DNA of 64,000 nucleotides from a virus (lineage: Duplodnaviria > Caudoviricetes): IMG/VR virus record IMGVR_UViG_3300005607_000001, positions 188 through 64,187 of that record, one strand, 5' to 3'. Position numbers and translations under genes: made by a program. The notes below the pieces were generated by a model. The model did not search any database. It was not told the DNA's origin and saw only the letters and a program-made list of their open reading frames with translations. This document shows positions 1 to 10,161 of this stretch, piece by piece (position 1 is the first letter of the stretch; every line of letters starts with the position of its first letter).

Positions 1-423
1 ATTACCTCTTGTGAACCGGGGTTGGTGAATTTCTTTCATCTGCGCCTTAACCCCTCCGCACAACCGGAGATGTTTATGTTAGCGGCGAAGATGTATGATT
101 TATATTCAACACACACACCGCAAATGTTAAACGTCGGTGAGTGGCACTTACCATTTACCGATGAATTGACGTCTATGGACCTCAACATCCGTCGTCAAAT
201 CTCCGTCGCGCGTTGTGCACGGGTGAGTTACAAATCATTCATCACCAATAAACCCTCACTTCCATCCGAAGACGTGAAATTATTCGATAAACTCCTAACA
301 TCGCGGCACTTATCCCCGTTCGAACACCAAGCCACTCCCGGCAATTCCGCATACGGCAACCTTCCCGGCTGGATTCAATTCCGTTCGATGGTCGAACCAC
401 GAAAAATAGGTGTCGCATTATGA
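1..423 (+). CDS. thyX: Flavin-dependent thymidylate synthase, C-terminal part (5'-truncated by window)
   Basis: Frame open from base 1 (ITSCEPGLVNFFHLRL..AQPEM); SVARCARVSY and HLSPFEHQA motifs; N-terminal part at 63708-64000. Confidence 0.9.
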   Translation: MTSCEPGLVNFFHLRLNPSAQPEMFMLAAKMYDLYSTHTPQMLNVGEWHLPFTDELTSMDLNIRRQISVARCARVSYKSFITNKPSLPSEDVKLFDKLLTSRHLSPFEHQATPGNSAYGNLPGWIQFRSMVEPRKIGVAL

Positions 424-650
424 CCGATTATAAATGGGATGATCCTTATATGGACGGCACCGAAGGTGCTCATCCGGCATGGTGGCGCGGTAATGAAGCA
501 GGTGTGCTGGCGGTTATCAAAATCATCAATAAGGCCCTAACACTTCACCCGCGTACTGGATACGGTCTACCCGCACTCAACACCCTCTATGATCGCGTTC
601 TTGAACTCGCTCAATTCCAGGCCGCTCATTCCCCTAAGGAGAATAAATAA
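420..650 (+). CDS. Hypothetical protein
   Basis: ATGA overlap with thyX stop; co-oriented. Confidence 0.65.
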   Translation: MTDYKWDDPYMDGTEGAHPAWWRGNEAGVLAVIKIINKALTLHPRTGYGLPALNTLYDRVLELAQFQAAHSPKENK

Positions 651-654
651 ATGA

Positions 655-1860
655 ATGGGTATCGTTATGGACGATTTTATCGACACGTTTGTCAATACAA
701 CCAGCGAAATCCCTTCACCGGAAATCTTTCGGCGATGGGCAGCAATCGCGGTTGTTGCCGCGGCATTAGAGCGCCGGGTGTATTCCCCGTCACGTGCTAC
801 TAAACCCACGCGGCCGAATTTATTCATCACCCTCGCCGGCATGTCTGGTAGTGGTAAAACCGAGGCAATCAATCTCGCCCGCGAGTGTATCGCCGCGGGC
901 GAAATCTACCTCGCGGAGGATAATCTCACGCCGGCGGCATTTTATGATTCCTTCGAAGAGGCATTTAACACCGACACATTGCGCCATGCAATGTGTGTCT
1001 GTTCGACCGAACTCGGAGTTTTGCTCCCCAAATATGACATGGGATTTTTATCCGAATTGAGTGATTTGTGGGACAATCGCGATACCTTCGTCGCCCGGCG
1101 ACGTGCATCGCGATCCGGGAAGGGTAATCTTACAGTCAAGCTTGAAGAGCCGACACTAAACATTCTCGCGGGCGTAACGCCGACGTTTTTGAGCGATCTG
1201 TTACCGGAAAGCGCCTGGGGACAGGGGTTTTGTTCGCGGATGTTATTCATTTACGGCATCCGTGAAGAACCGCCCGATGTTGACGTATTACAAACCCGCA
1301 AATCAATGGACATGAAACCGCTGCATCAACGGGTGAAAAACATCAAAACCCTTCAAGGCGAGGTTACATGGAGTGAACGGGCGAGGAATGAATTGAATAA
1401 ATGGTTCAACGCCGGCTTGCCGCCCGTTCCGGAGCATTCGCGCCTACGCGAATACCTCACCCGGCGTGTTGTCTCGGTGATTAAACTCTCTATGATCTCC
1501 GCCGCGAGTTCGTCGAATGACATCTACATCACCTTGAACGATTTCGAACGCGCGCGAGATTGGCTGATAACCGCCGAGCAATTTATGCCGGACGTATTCC
1601 GGGCGATGAAACAAAAATCCGATGTTCAGATCCTCGACCACTTGCACTATTATTTATATGCACAATATTCCAAAATGGATCGCCGCAAGGCCGAACCGTT
1701 GCCGGAATCGATGATCTACAATTTCTTAAAGGACCAAGTCGAATCGTGGAAGATTAAACATTTAATCGAAACGGCCGAGAAGTGTAATATCATTTACCGC
1801 GGCCCCTTACCGGGAACATGGATTCCCTGTACCTTTGACAAGAGGATACCCTTAGTATGA
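655..1860 (+). CDS. DUF3987-like P-loop ATPase, putative replicative helicase
   Basis: Walker A GMSGSGKT; PNLFITL, LSDLWD, LNILAGVTP and GFCSRMLFI segments; start may be ATG 667. Confidence 0.7.
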   Translation: MGIVMDDFIDTFVNTTSEIPSPEIFRRWAAIAVVAAALERRVYSPSRATKPTRPNLFITLAGMSGSGKTEAINLARECIAAGEIYLAEDNLTPAAFYDSFEEAFNTDTLRHAMCVCSTELGVLLPKYDMGFLSELSDLWDNRDTFVARRRASRSGKGNLTVKLEEPTLNILAGVTPTFLSDLLPESAWGQGFCSRMLFIYGIREEPPDVDVLQTRKSMDMKPLHQRVKNIKTLQGEVTWSERARNELNKWFNAGLPPVPEHSRLREYLTRRVVSVIKLSMISAASSSNDIYITLNDFERARDWLITAEQFMPDVFRAMKQKSDVQILDHLHYYLYAQYSKMDRRKAEPLPESMIYNFLKDQVESWKIKHLIETAEKCNIIYRGPLPGTWIPCTFDKRIPLV

Positions 1861-2141
1861 GTGATGAAAACGCGACGGAAAACACCTCAAACACATCAAA
1901 CACCAAAACCCGCTGCATCGACGATTACGATTTCATCCGTCGTCGCATGGAAGAACTTCGCGGCGAAAAACAAAAGGTATTGCAACAGGAAATACAAAAA
2001 GAGCAAGCATTAGACCCCAGTGCCGGTCTTCGGTCCTCTGACGGGCTATGTTTTGGTCTATGGTGCACGAAATACAACACATCCTGTAATGACGTAGGCT
2101 TTGATTGTTACGCAATGGATGACATTTGCACCGAACCGTAA
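1857..2141 (+). CDS. Hypothetical protein, Cys-rich C-terminus
   Basis: ATGA coupling to upstream gene. Confidence 0.55.
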   Translation: MSDENATENTSNTSNTKTRCIDDYDFIRRRMEELRGEKQKVLQQEIQKEQALDPSAGLRSSDGLCFGLWCTKYNTSCNDVGFDCYAMDDICTEP

Positions 2142-2165
2142 TCTTTCATCAGGAGGTATCGTATT

Positions 2166-4919
2166 ATGAAATTCTCACAATTGATTTCCGCAAACTGCGA
2201 TTTACTCTCCGGTAATCCCAACGATTGGAAATTCGCCCATTCGCATATCACCGGTTCGAATGGTGATACAGTCTTTCGATCAGTCCTCGTACCTGATCAT
2301 TGGTCGCAAACGGCGACGGATATTCTCGTACAGAAATATTTCCGTAAAACCCTCGTACCCGATCGCACCGTTGGCGTTGAAGAGAATTCAATCCCTGATT
2401 TCCTTCAACGCCAAGTACCAGACAAAGGCGCGTCGTTCGGCGGTGAAACATCCGCCTATCAAGTCTTTCACCGCCTAGCCGGCTGTTGGACATATTGGGG
2501 CTGGAAACTTAACGTCTTCGATTCGATCGATGACGCCTTGGCGTTTTATAAGGAATTATTTACCATCCTCGCCCTTCAAATCGCCGCGCCCAATTCGCCG
2601 CAGTGGTTCAACACCGGTTTGCATTGGGCATACGGCATCACGGGCGATGATAATGGTCAATGGGTGATCGACCCTGTAACTCATTCCCCGCATGAAACCA
2701 AATATTCCTACACTCGCCCGCAGGTTCATGCGTGTTTTATTCAATCATTAAGCGATAACCTCGTCAATGCCAATGGCATTTTCGATCTTGTAACCCGCGA
2801 GGCTCGGTTGTTCAAATTCGGCTCCGGTACCGGCTCGAATTTCAGCAACATTCGCAGCGCTGGCGAGAAACTTTCAAGCGGCGGGACTAGCAGCGGGTTG
2901 ATGAGTTTCTTGAAAATATTCGATTCCGCTGCCGGCGCGATTAAATCCGGCGGTACGACGCGTCGAGCGGCCAAAATGGTTTGCTTGGACATCGACCACC
3001 CGGAAATTCAGGATTTTATCAACTGGAAATTCCGCGAGGAAAACAAGGCGCGGATTTTGGCCGCAAATGGCATTCCATTAAACGACGCCATCGAAACCAT
3101 TGGCGGGCAGAATTCCAACAACAGCATCCGTATCACCGACGAGTTCATGGCCGCGGTTAAAAACGATTCCCAATGGCCTTTGCATTCGCGCACGACAAAT
3201 GAAATCGTGAAACACGTTTCCGCCCGCGAACTCTGGAATGACATTTGCACCGCCGCTTGGCATTGTGGCGATCCGGGAGTGCAATTTCATGACACAATCA
3301 ACGAATGGAACACCTGCAAAAACGACGCAGATATCAACGCGTCGAACCCGTGCGGTGAATATAATTTCCTGGACGATACAGCATGTAATCTTGCCAGTAT
3401 TAATCTTATCAAGTTTATTATGCCCGACGGGCGGTTTGACGTTTCTCTTTTTTCACACACAGTCAGAATCCTCACGACCGTCTTGGATATCAGCATCGAC
3501 ATGGCAAGCTATCCCAGTCGAGAGATTGCTATTCGTAGCCATGATTACCGCACACTCGGGCTCGGATACGCAAACCTCGGCGGGTTATTGATGCGCAGGC
3601 TTAGGCCGTATGATTCCGACGAAGGACGTTCATACGCGGCGGCAATCACCGCGTTGATGCACGGGGTGGCATATAAAACCAGTGCCGAACTCGCGGCGAA
3701 ACTCGGACCATTTCCGAGGTTTAAAGATAACGCCGCGTGTATGAAAGACGTCATTGAACGTCATACATTCGAAGCCTTATCGATTTCATCGGTCAATAAA
3801 TCCGATTCCAACATTCACGACGCAATTCGCGAAGTGTATTCAGGTTTATCGTCGGAGCAATTTCGCAACGCCCAAGTGACGTTGCTCGCCCCTACAGGCA
3901 CCATTGCGCTTTTAATGGACTGCGACACAACCGGCATTGAACCCGCGTTTGCACTCAAAACGCACAAAAAGCTCGTCGGGGGAGGGAGTATTGAATCCTT
4001 GAACCAAAGCGCTGAAATTGCTTATCAATGCCTGGGACTTGAACCCGGGCAAGAAATCCCGGATGAGTTTAAGGGGATCTTTGCGACCGCGGTAGGTGAC
4101 AATGCCCTGTCACCCGAAGCGCATGTCAAAATGGTCGCGGCGGTGCAACCATTTCTATCCGGCGGCGTGTCGAAGACCGTAAACATGCCGCATGATTCCA
4201 CAATCGAAGACGTGCAAAAAATCTACCGCTTGGCATATAACCTAAACCTCAAATCCATTTCCATCTACCGCGATGGGTGTAAGATTTATCAGCCACTAAC
4301 GGCAATTAAACCGCAATCTACAACGCAAAAAACGCCAAACGTGATTGAACCCGCACCTGTCACTTCTTCAACCTCTATTGCTCGTCGCCCGTTGCCAAAC
4401 AAGCGCCGCGCAATGGTGCAAAAAGCCTACATCAACGGTCAGAAGATTTACCTCATAACCGGTGAATACGAAGATGGTTCTTTGGGGGAAATTTTCTGCC
4501 AACTGGCAAAGGAAGGATCGACGGCCAGGGCATTAATGGAAGGATTTTCAAAAGCCGTATCAATCGCATTGCAATACGGCGTCCCGTTAGAGGAATTCGT
4601 CGATGCATTCCTCTATACGCAATTCGAACCTCGAGGAATTGTCTCGGGGCACGAAAATATCAAATTGTGTTCGAGTATTTTGGATTACATCGTTAGGGAT
4701 TTGGGGATTCGTTACCTTAACCGCCCGGATTTGGGTCAAGTAAAATGGACCTCCGCGGCGGATAATATCATCACTCTCGAAGAACTCATGTCCTTCATCG
4801 AACCGCAAGCGAATGAAACAACCTCCGGCGAATTCTGCCCCGAATGTGGCGCACAGATGATGCAAACCGGAAGTTGTTTCACTTGTTCTCAGTGCGGCAA
4901 TAACACCGGCTGCGGGTGA
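2166..4919 (+). CDS. nrdJ: Class II (adenosylcobalamin-dependent) ribonucleotide reductase
   Basis: NSPQWFN, ACFI, GGTTRRAAKM, NPCGE, CNLASINL, APTGT motifs; TSCPD-like domain and C-terminal CPECG..CSQCG zinc ribbon; AGGAGG SD. Confidence 0.95.
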   Translation: MKFSQLISANCDLLSGNPNDWKFAHSHITGSNGDTVFRSVLVPDHWSQTATDILVQKYFRKTLVPDRTVGVEENSIPDFLQRQVPDKGASFGGETSAYQVFHRLAGCWTYWGWKLNVFDSIDDALAFYKELFTILALQIAAPNSPQWFNTGLHWAYGITGDDNGQWVIDPVTHSPHETKYSYTRPQVHACFIQSLSDNLVNANGIFDLVTREARLFKFGSGTGSNFSNIRSAGEKLSSGGTSSGLMSFLKIFDSAAGAIKSGGTTRRAAKMVCLDIDHPEIQDFINWKFREENKARILAANGIPLNDAIETIGGQNSNNSIRITDEFMAAVKNDSQWPLHSRTTNEIVKHVSARELWNDICTAAWHCGDPGVQFHDTINEWNTCKNDADINASNPCGEYNFLDDTACNLASINLIKFIMPDGRFDVSLFSHTVRILTTVLDISIDMASYPSREIAIRSHDYRTLGLGYANLGGLLMRRLRPYDSDEGRSYAAAITALMHGVAYKTSAELAAKLGPFPRFKDNAACMKDVIERHTFEALSISSVNKSDSNIHDAIREVYSGLSSEQFRNAQVTLLAPTGTIALLMDCDTTGIEPAFALKTHKKLVGGGSIESLNQSAEIAYQCLGLEPGQEIPDEFKGIFATAVGDNALSPEAHVKMVAAVQPFLSGGVSKTVNMPHDSTIEDVQKIYRLAYNLNLKSISIYRDGCKIYQPLTAIKPQSTTQKTPNVIEPAPVTSSTSIARRPLPNKRRAMVQKAYINGQKIYLITGEYEDGSLGEIFCQLAKEGSTARALMEGFSKAVSIALQYGVPLEEFVDAFLYTQFEPRGIVSGHENIKLCSSILDYIVRDLGIRYLNRPDLGQVKWTSAADNIITLEELMSFIEPQANETTSGEFCPECGAQMMQTGSCFTCSQCGNNTGCG

Positions 4920-4920
4920 T

Positions 4921-5154
4921 TTATGTCACGGGGTTGTTTCCGAAGTCAAAAACCTTCGGAAACAACTTCTGAGCCAGGAACTTCAACCCGTGTACAATCG
5001 CCGTGACCAACACCGTGGCATAAATGATATCCTGATTGGAGACGTTGATATGATTCGCGGTCAGAATGTCAGATACCAGACCCACAAATGCCACGGCAGG
5101 GGTGAGGGTGGTCATGGTGCCGGTAAGAGTTGAGACGGGGGAATTATTGGGCAT
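4921..5154 (-). CDS. Small membrane protein with two hydrophobic helices, holin-like
   Basis: Two hydrophobic stretches; GGAG SD; last gene of the - arm. Confidence 0.5.
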   Translation of the reverse strand: MPNNSPVSTLTGTMTTLTPAVAFVGLVSDILTANHINVSNQDIIYATVLVTAIVHGLKFLAQKLFPKVFDFGNNPVT

Positions 5155-5199
5155 GATAATGACTCCGTTAAAAAGATGGTTAAAGAAGCGGGTTATAAC

Positions 5200-5228
5200 T
5201 TGATAACCGGGTCCGGGCCGGGTATACT
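5200..5228 (+). promoter_or_regulatory. Sigma70-type promoter TTGATA-17-TATACT
   Basis: Near-consensus hexamers, 17 bp spacer, upstream of a three-gene + strand cassette. Confidence 0.7.
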
Positions 5229-5245
5229 CAACCCGGCGCGCCCGG

Positions 5246-5270
5246 GCGAGACCCCCTCGCGGGGTCTCGC
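5246..5270. other. Perfect 10 bp hairpin GCGAGACCCC-N5-GGGGTCTCGC in the 5' leader
   Basis: Inverted repeat read directly; no U-tract. Confidence 0.7.
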
Positions 5271-5292
5271 TAACATATGAGGATACCTCACG

Positions 5293-5940
5293 TTGCCAAT
5301 CGCGAAGCGGTACCTCCCCAACGCCGAAGTCACCGCACTAACCAACGCCGCGCGCGAAGCGGCAGAAACCCTACGCAAATCTTGGGACCATTGGATAATC
5401 ATCGGCAAGGCCATCGACGCCTATCGTCGGCAATTATTCCGCGTCCTAAAAATCAACGAACCGCGCGGCAAAGAATACCAAGACCTCATGGGCGAATATT
5501 TAATCGCCAACGAATTTCACGAAACCTGTCAACACGGGTTCACAAAGGCCGAGAGGACGAATTTACAACACTGTATCGATAATCTTCAGGCGATTAACAA
5601 ATACCGCGAAACATTGCCCTTCAAAACCCGGCAGAGATTAAACAATCCATCGGCAATGTGGTTGCACTGGGTGAAGCAAACCCAAGGCACGCCACAAAAG
5701 CGCGTCACCGTTCGTGCAACGGTCGCATCATTACAAGAAGAAAACGACAAGCTTCAAGAGCGGGTTCAACAACTGGAAGAGGCACTAATCGTCAAAGATC
5801 ACACTATAAACACCATCAATCGTCAATCGGGCTTCATGTGGGATCAAAACCCCCGTGAGGTCGCCGAGGCGATGGTAAAGACGTCGAAAGACAAGGCTCG
5901 AGAAATGCTCATCGCTTTGCGTGAGTTGTTGGAAGAGTAA
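5293..5940 (+). CDS. Hypothetical protein with C-terminal coiled coil
   Basis: GAGG SD before TTG; downstream of promoter. Confidence 0.75.
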   Translation: MPIAKRYLPNAEVTALTNAAREAAETLRKSWDHWIIIGKAIDAYRRQLFRVLKINEPRGKEYQDLMGEYLIANEFHETCQHGFTKAERTNLQHCIDNLQAINKYRETLPFKTRQRLNNPSAMWLHWVKQTQGTPQKRVTVRATVASLQEENDKLQERVQQLEEALIVKDHTINTINRQSGFMWDQNPREVAEAMVKTSKDKAREMLIALRELLEE

Positions 5941-5959
5941 AGGAAATGGTGTTCCCAAA

Positions 5960-6205
5960 ATGAGTGACGTGCTTAAAATCTTATATCGCGCATTCACCGC
6001 GTACGATCGTCTTAATTCTAGACGTCGTGATTACAATCCCTACGCGTTGGCGCAATATTTTGCAGCGGCAGAAGATATCGCCGTTGCAATCAACAAAGGC
6101 ACGCCAATGGGCGAGGCATGTATCGCAAGGCTCAATGGCAAACTATTGGATATCGCCCTGAACGCTTTAGGCGAGGCCAAAGCTACACCCGACGAAAGGA
6201 AATAA
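5960..6205 (+). CDS. Hypothetical protein
   Basis: In operon; ATG 5960 preferred over the ORF-track start. Confidence 0.65.
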   Translation: MSDVLKILYRAFTAYDRLNSRRRDYNPYALAQYFAAAEDIAVAINKGTPMGEACIARLNGKLLDIALNALGEAKATPDERK

Positions 6206-6209
6206 GACA

Positions 6210-6641
6210 ATGACCGAAATCTCAATCTACGACATCACCGTCCGCGCCGCATCACGCCGGATGGAACCCGGTAGGGTTTTGGAAAACAACAAAATCACCG
6301 TGCGGTGTATCGCACGAACCGATAGATTCATCCTCGGTTACATCGACGCTGTTGTTGATATCACGATCAACAACGCCTCGGCGGGTGATTACACACTCTC
6401 AACGCCGGTAATGGACGCCAAATGGACCCGGCACGGACTTGCCCTTAGTGATGACCTACAACTCGCAATCATTACTCAAACCGCGCCTGTAGCACTCTTA
6501 CACGCGCAAGAATATCTCATCAAGGTCTTCAGTTCCGAACTGCTCGAAATTGTCGCGAAAAACCTACGCGAAGATGCGAATTTAAAGGTCGAAATCACAA
6601 AACTCCTCAAGGCCATGTATTTGCTCGCGCACAAACTCTAA
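6210..6641 (+). CDS. Hypothetical protein
   Basis: In operon; converges on the - strand gene ending at 6638. Confidence 0.65.
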   Translation: MTEISIYDITVRAASRRMEPGRVLENNKITVRCIARTDRFILGYIDAVVDITINNASAGDYTLSTPVMDAKWTRHGLALSDDLQLAIITQTAPVALLHAQEYLIKVFSSELLEIVAKNLREDANLKVEITKLLKAMYLLAHKL

Positions 6642-7861
6642 CCCTCAAACATTTGCGGGCTGACCGTGTATCTCTCAACCTCACCCAATTCTTTGTGATA
6701 CACAATTCCTTGCAGACTCCTATTCGCCCTGTAGCCCATTTGATGTAAAAACGCATCCCGAGAAGCTAGAATCTGAAAACTCTCCACCATACATCCCGGA
6801 AGGTCAAACACCTTCCGGGAATGTATATGCCCCGTCCACCACGTTCTAAACTCCGTCTCTCCCCAGTCTTTGGGTCGATCGTGTGACATCACCCCGGGCA
6901 ATTGTTCCGGTTTAATCCTATCCCCATGATGCGTACCGATGAGAGTCTTGCCAAATTTAAAATAATGCACATTCATCGGCGACGTGTCGATCGTCACATG
7001 CGGGATGTTTTCGTATAAACAACTCAGCGCCTCGGTGATAATCATCGTCGCAACGGGATCGTGATTCCCGGGTTCCATGATAAAATGCACATTATGAAAC
7101 CTATTTGCTGCGCTGTTCAACACTCGCCGTAAAATCCGCATTCCCGTTCGGATCATTTTCGGAAACCGCGAATCGGCATCCAACCGATGCTTATGCTGCG
7201 GCGTTTCGGCCGTATATGAATCATAATGGAAAAAATCCCCCAAGCTCGCAATCAAACACGACGAACAATTATGCGCGAGGGACATAATTCTTTCAATCGC
7301 ATTAATGATCAACGTTTCGGCGATTTTCAAATCCCAATCCGCGCCGGTTTCCTGCGCCCATGCGTGCATGCCGACGTGGAGATCACCGATTGGAATCCCG
7401 ATTAACCACTGCTCTGAATTCATCACCGGTCGTGTAATTTCCGGGATCGGGGTTAGTTCCTCCAACAACCCCCGGGCAAATGCCCGCCATAACACCTCGC
7501 GTTCCTGTTCATCGCGCTTTTCACTCGCCCACTGGGCAATGATTTTCCCCTCGCCGTCGGTAAAGGTCGAAACTTTTGTGATGAGTTTCGGATCAGGAAC
7601 ATATTCCCCTTGTTCCCGATCCATGCGTTCCAAGCGCGTTTTATCCCATCTCTGTATCACACTCCCATCCGGGCGCGTGAGGATGCTTTGTTCTTTCAAC
7701 ACCTGTTGCCCTTGTGGGCTCGGCGGGATCGAATAACCCTTTCTCGCTAAAACATGCAGCCGATCCCTCAAACTCGACCTGCTGATCCCCAACCTTTCCG
7801 CGGCTTGAGTGCGATTACCATCACATTCATTTAACACTCTCAATACATCATCAGGGGTCAT
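6638..7861 (-). CDS. Fis-like HTH fused to calcineurin-like metallophosphoesterase
   Basis: GNRTQAAERLGISRSSL HTH; GDLH, GDFFH, GNHD, HHGD, GHIH motifs. Confidence 0.85.
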   Translation of the reverse strand: MTPDDVLRVLNECDGNRTQAAERLGISRSSLRDRLHVLARKGYSIPPSPQGQQVLKEQSILTRPDGSVIQRWDKTRLERMDREQGEYVPDPKLITKVSTFTDGEGKIIAQWASEKRDEQEREVLWRAFARGLLEELTPIPEITRPVMNSEQWLIGIPIGDLHVGMHAWAQETGADWDLKIAETLIINAIERIMSLAHNCSSCLIASLGDFFHYDSYTAETPQHKHRLDADSRFPKMIRTGMRILRRVLNSAANRFHNVHFIMEPGNHDPVATMIITEALSCLYENIPHVTIDTSPMNVHYFKFGKTLIGTHHGDRIKPEQLPGVMSHDRPKDWGETEFRTWWTGHIHSRKVFDLPGCMVESFQILASRDAFLHQMGYRANRSLQGIVYHKELGEVERYTVSPQMFEG

Positions 7862-7872
7862 AATACACCTTC

Positions 7873-10158
7873 TTAAATCCCCGCGGTATCAATCACCACC
7901 CGCGCATTGGCGCGCAATTGATGTATAACGCGAACATTCGCCGGCGCGACGCGCTTAATCGCCGTGGTACCGAGGTTTTCAACGGGTACTGAAATTCTAT
8001 TAATCACCGCGCGGCTGAAAATATTCGGCAATGGCGAATAACCCTGCGGGACGTATGTATATGGATTCACATCTGCAATATCTTGAATCTCTTGGCCGTA
8101 GGTGTTAAAGGACAGGAATTTCAAATACAACTCTTTACCAACATATTGCGAGGCCAAGGTGGCTTGGAAAAATTGATTCGACCCCATGTACATAAACTGC
8201 GACCCCGCGGGTTTATCAGTTGCCGTGGTGCCATACAACCCGCGATACAAACCCGTTAACTGATACTGATTCGTATTAATCAACGTCGCCGTGGTGAATG
8301 ATAAATATTCAACATTCCCTTGCGGGTCCATAATCGCGCACAAACTCGTTCCGGCCGCCGAGGCGGAAGATGAGACCGAGGTCAACTCGCCGTTTGATTC
8401 GCTCAAATCCACCGTCAACGTATCGGTGTTGTCCGGGTTCGAGCCCGAAAAGGCGGGTAGATCGTTCATCAACACACCCTGCGGGGTCGCGCCGCTCCAA
8501 GTCGCCAAATATCCATACGTCGAATTATCCGTCGAGATCATAATCTGCGCGCCACCCCAATTGGGGGAATAACTTCCATTCGGGCCGCCGGATAGACCAA
8601 TGATAATTGTCGGTGACGAATACCCATACGCGCTCAACAACTCCGCCGTGGGTTCGGTGATGAAGGGCGTGTTGACGTTAGGCGGCACCGCAAACACATT
8701 CGGCCCGCTGCCGGCGGTGTTTTGCCGCTCAGTGACAATCAATGGCTGCCCGGAATTACTCGCAATCTCTCGACAAGTGACATCCAAATCCCCGTTATCA
8801 TTCTCCTCAATCGCCGTCACCCAAACGAGTTTATTCACCCAGCCGAGGGTTGAATCATTGATCGCAATGACGTCCATCAGGTCCAATAACGAATGCCTGA
8901 CGCCGAGGGTGAATTTAATCGGATCGGCGCGGATCAATGTCTGATTTAACAATTGCACATTCGCGCTTGCCAAGGCCGAGGTTTGATTCGTAAACCCGTG
9001 TTCCGTCGAGGCCGGCTGTGTGCGCAACATAGTCGCATCAATCAACCCTTGATCCCACGTCGCGACTACGTCGATGTTATAGGCATTAACGCCATTTCGA
9101 TATTCAATCGACAACCAATTCGCGATCTGTGCGGGGTCTTTACGGGTGACGGTTATTGGATCGTCGGGGTTTTCATTAATCGTTTCATCCAAACTTCCCG
9201 CGCCGGGTAATAGAAGATCATCGTCGGTGAGGGTGAAGATGGGTAATAGGCTCGGGTTAAACGTCACACCTTGACCCGAAATCGCTACACTGGCATAAGG
9301 CACAATTCGCAATTTGGTCCCGGACCAACAAATCGCGGCCGAAGTTACTTGCGCGATTTCCTCCAACCATTGACTCGCCGGCTGTTGCCGGTCCAACACC
9401 AACGACATTGCCAATTGCGACGCGGTGCAGAATAACGCATAACTGTTAAAACTCCCCGTGCCGCCGCTGATATCCCCGTTCGAACTCCCGGTGTTATTCC
9501 CCCACCCGGTAACGTCAATATTTGCAATCGGAAACCCCGCACCCCAACGAGAATCGGTCAATAAACGAATAATAATATTCGCCGGATTGGCGTCATTGCC
9601 GAAATTACTCCCGACCGTACCGCGTTCGAAGCCACAGATTTCGAAATCAATATCCGGCAATGTCGGCGAATCTTGCAACGTAAGCGGCGTTGCAGTGACA
9701 TAACATAAGCCCGAATAACCTATCGCCGGGATGTTAAATCCATCCGTGCTCAATACAGGATCAGGTGCTTGGCCGTCGGTGCCGTTGTAACCATTAAGCG
9801 GGATCGCCCCCAAACCACCTTGTTGCACCCCACCGTTGGCCCAGATCAAATTATCCCCGCCGCCGTTCAACACACTCCCCACAAAACTCGCCGGGCCTTG
9901 GCAAATACCAACCGCAAGGTCGATTGAATAATATTTCTGCTTATTCCCTTTCTTTCCCCCGCCGCCACCTTTACCGCCACCCTTTTTGCCAGGTGAGTTT
10001 GTGCGAAAGTTTTGATACTGTAATAAATTCGACCCCAACCGATTCGTCCCAAACACAACCTGAATCACCGTCCCGGCCACCGAGGTGTTATACTGCAACC
10101 CCTGCAATTCCGGTGTCTTGAACGCATTCGAGAAATAATTCGGTCTATGCCCGCCCAT
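7873..10158 (-). CDS. Tail tip / host-specificity (central spike-hub) protein, GTA-like
   Basis: VFGTNRL plus Gly/Lys-rich GKGG tract, GICQGP, LTDSRWGAG, LYRGLYGT; follows NlpC/P60. Confidence 0.85.
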   Translation of the reverse strand: MGGHRPNYFSNAFKTPELQGLQYNTSVAGTVIQVVFGTNRLGSNLLQYQNFRTNSPGKKGGGKGGGGGKKGNKQKYYSIDLAVGICQGPASFVGSVLNGGGDNLIWANGGVQQGGLGAIPLNGYNGTDGQAPDPVLSTDGFNIPAIGYSGLCYVTATPLTLQDSPTLPDIDFEICGFERGTVGSNFGNDANPANIIIRLLTDSRWGAGFPIANIDVTGWGNNTGSSNGDISGGTGSFNSYALFCTASQLAMSLVLDRQQPASQWLEEIAQVTSAAICWSGTKLRIVPYASVAISGQGVTFNPSLLPIFTLTDDDLLLPGAGSLDETINENPDDPITVTRKDPAQIANWLSIEYRNGVNAYNIDVVATWDQGLIDATMLRTQPASTEHGFTNQTSALASANVQLLNQTLIRADPIKFTLGVRHSLLDLMDVIAINDSTLGWVNKLVWVTAIEENDNGDLDVTCREIASNSGQPLIVTERQNTAGSGPNVFAVPPNVNTPFITEPTAELLSAYGYSSPTIIIGLSGGPNGSYSPNWGGAQIMISTDNSTYGYLATWSGATPQGVLMNDLPAFSGSNPDNTDTLTVDLSESNGELTSVSSSASAAGTSLCAIMDPQGNVEYLSFTTATLINTNQYQLTGLYRGLYGTTATDKPAGSQFMYMGSNQFFQATLASQYVGKELYLKFLSFNTYGQEIQDIADVNPYTYVPQGYSPLPNIFSRAVINRISVPVENLGTTAIKRVAPANVRVIHQLRANARVVIDTAGI

Positions 10159-10161
10159 TGT

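Noticed and set aside
5168-5183. TTAA-N-TTAA as a full CtrA box
   Set aside because: Spacer is 8 nt rather than 7; counted only as a TTAACCAT half-site
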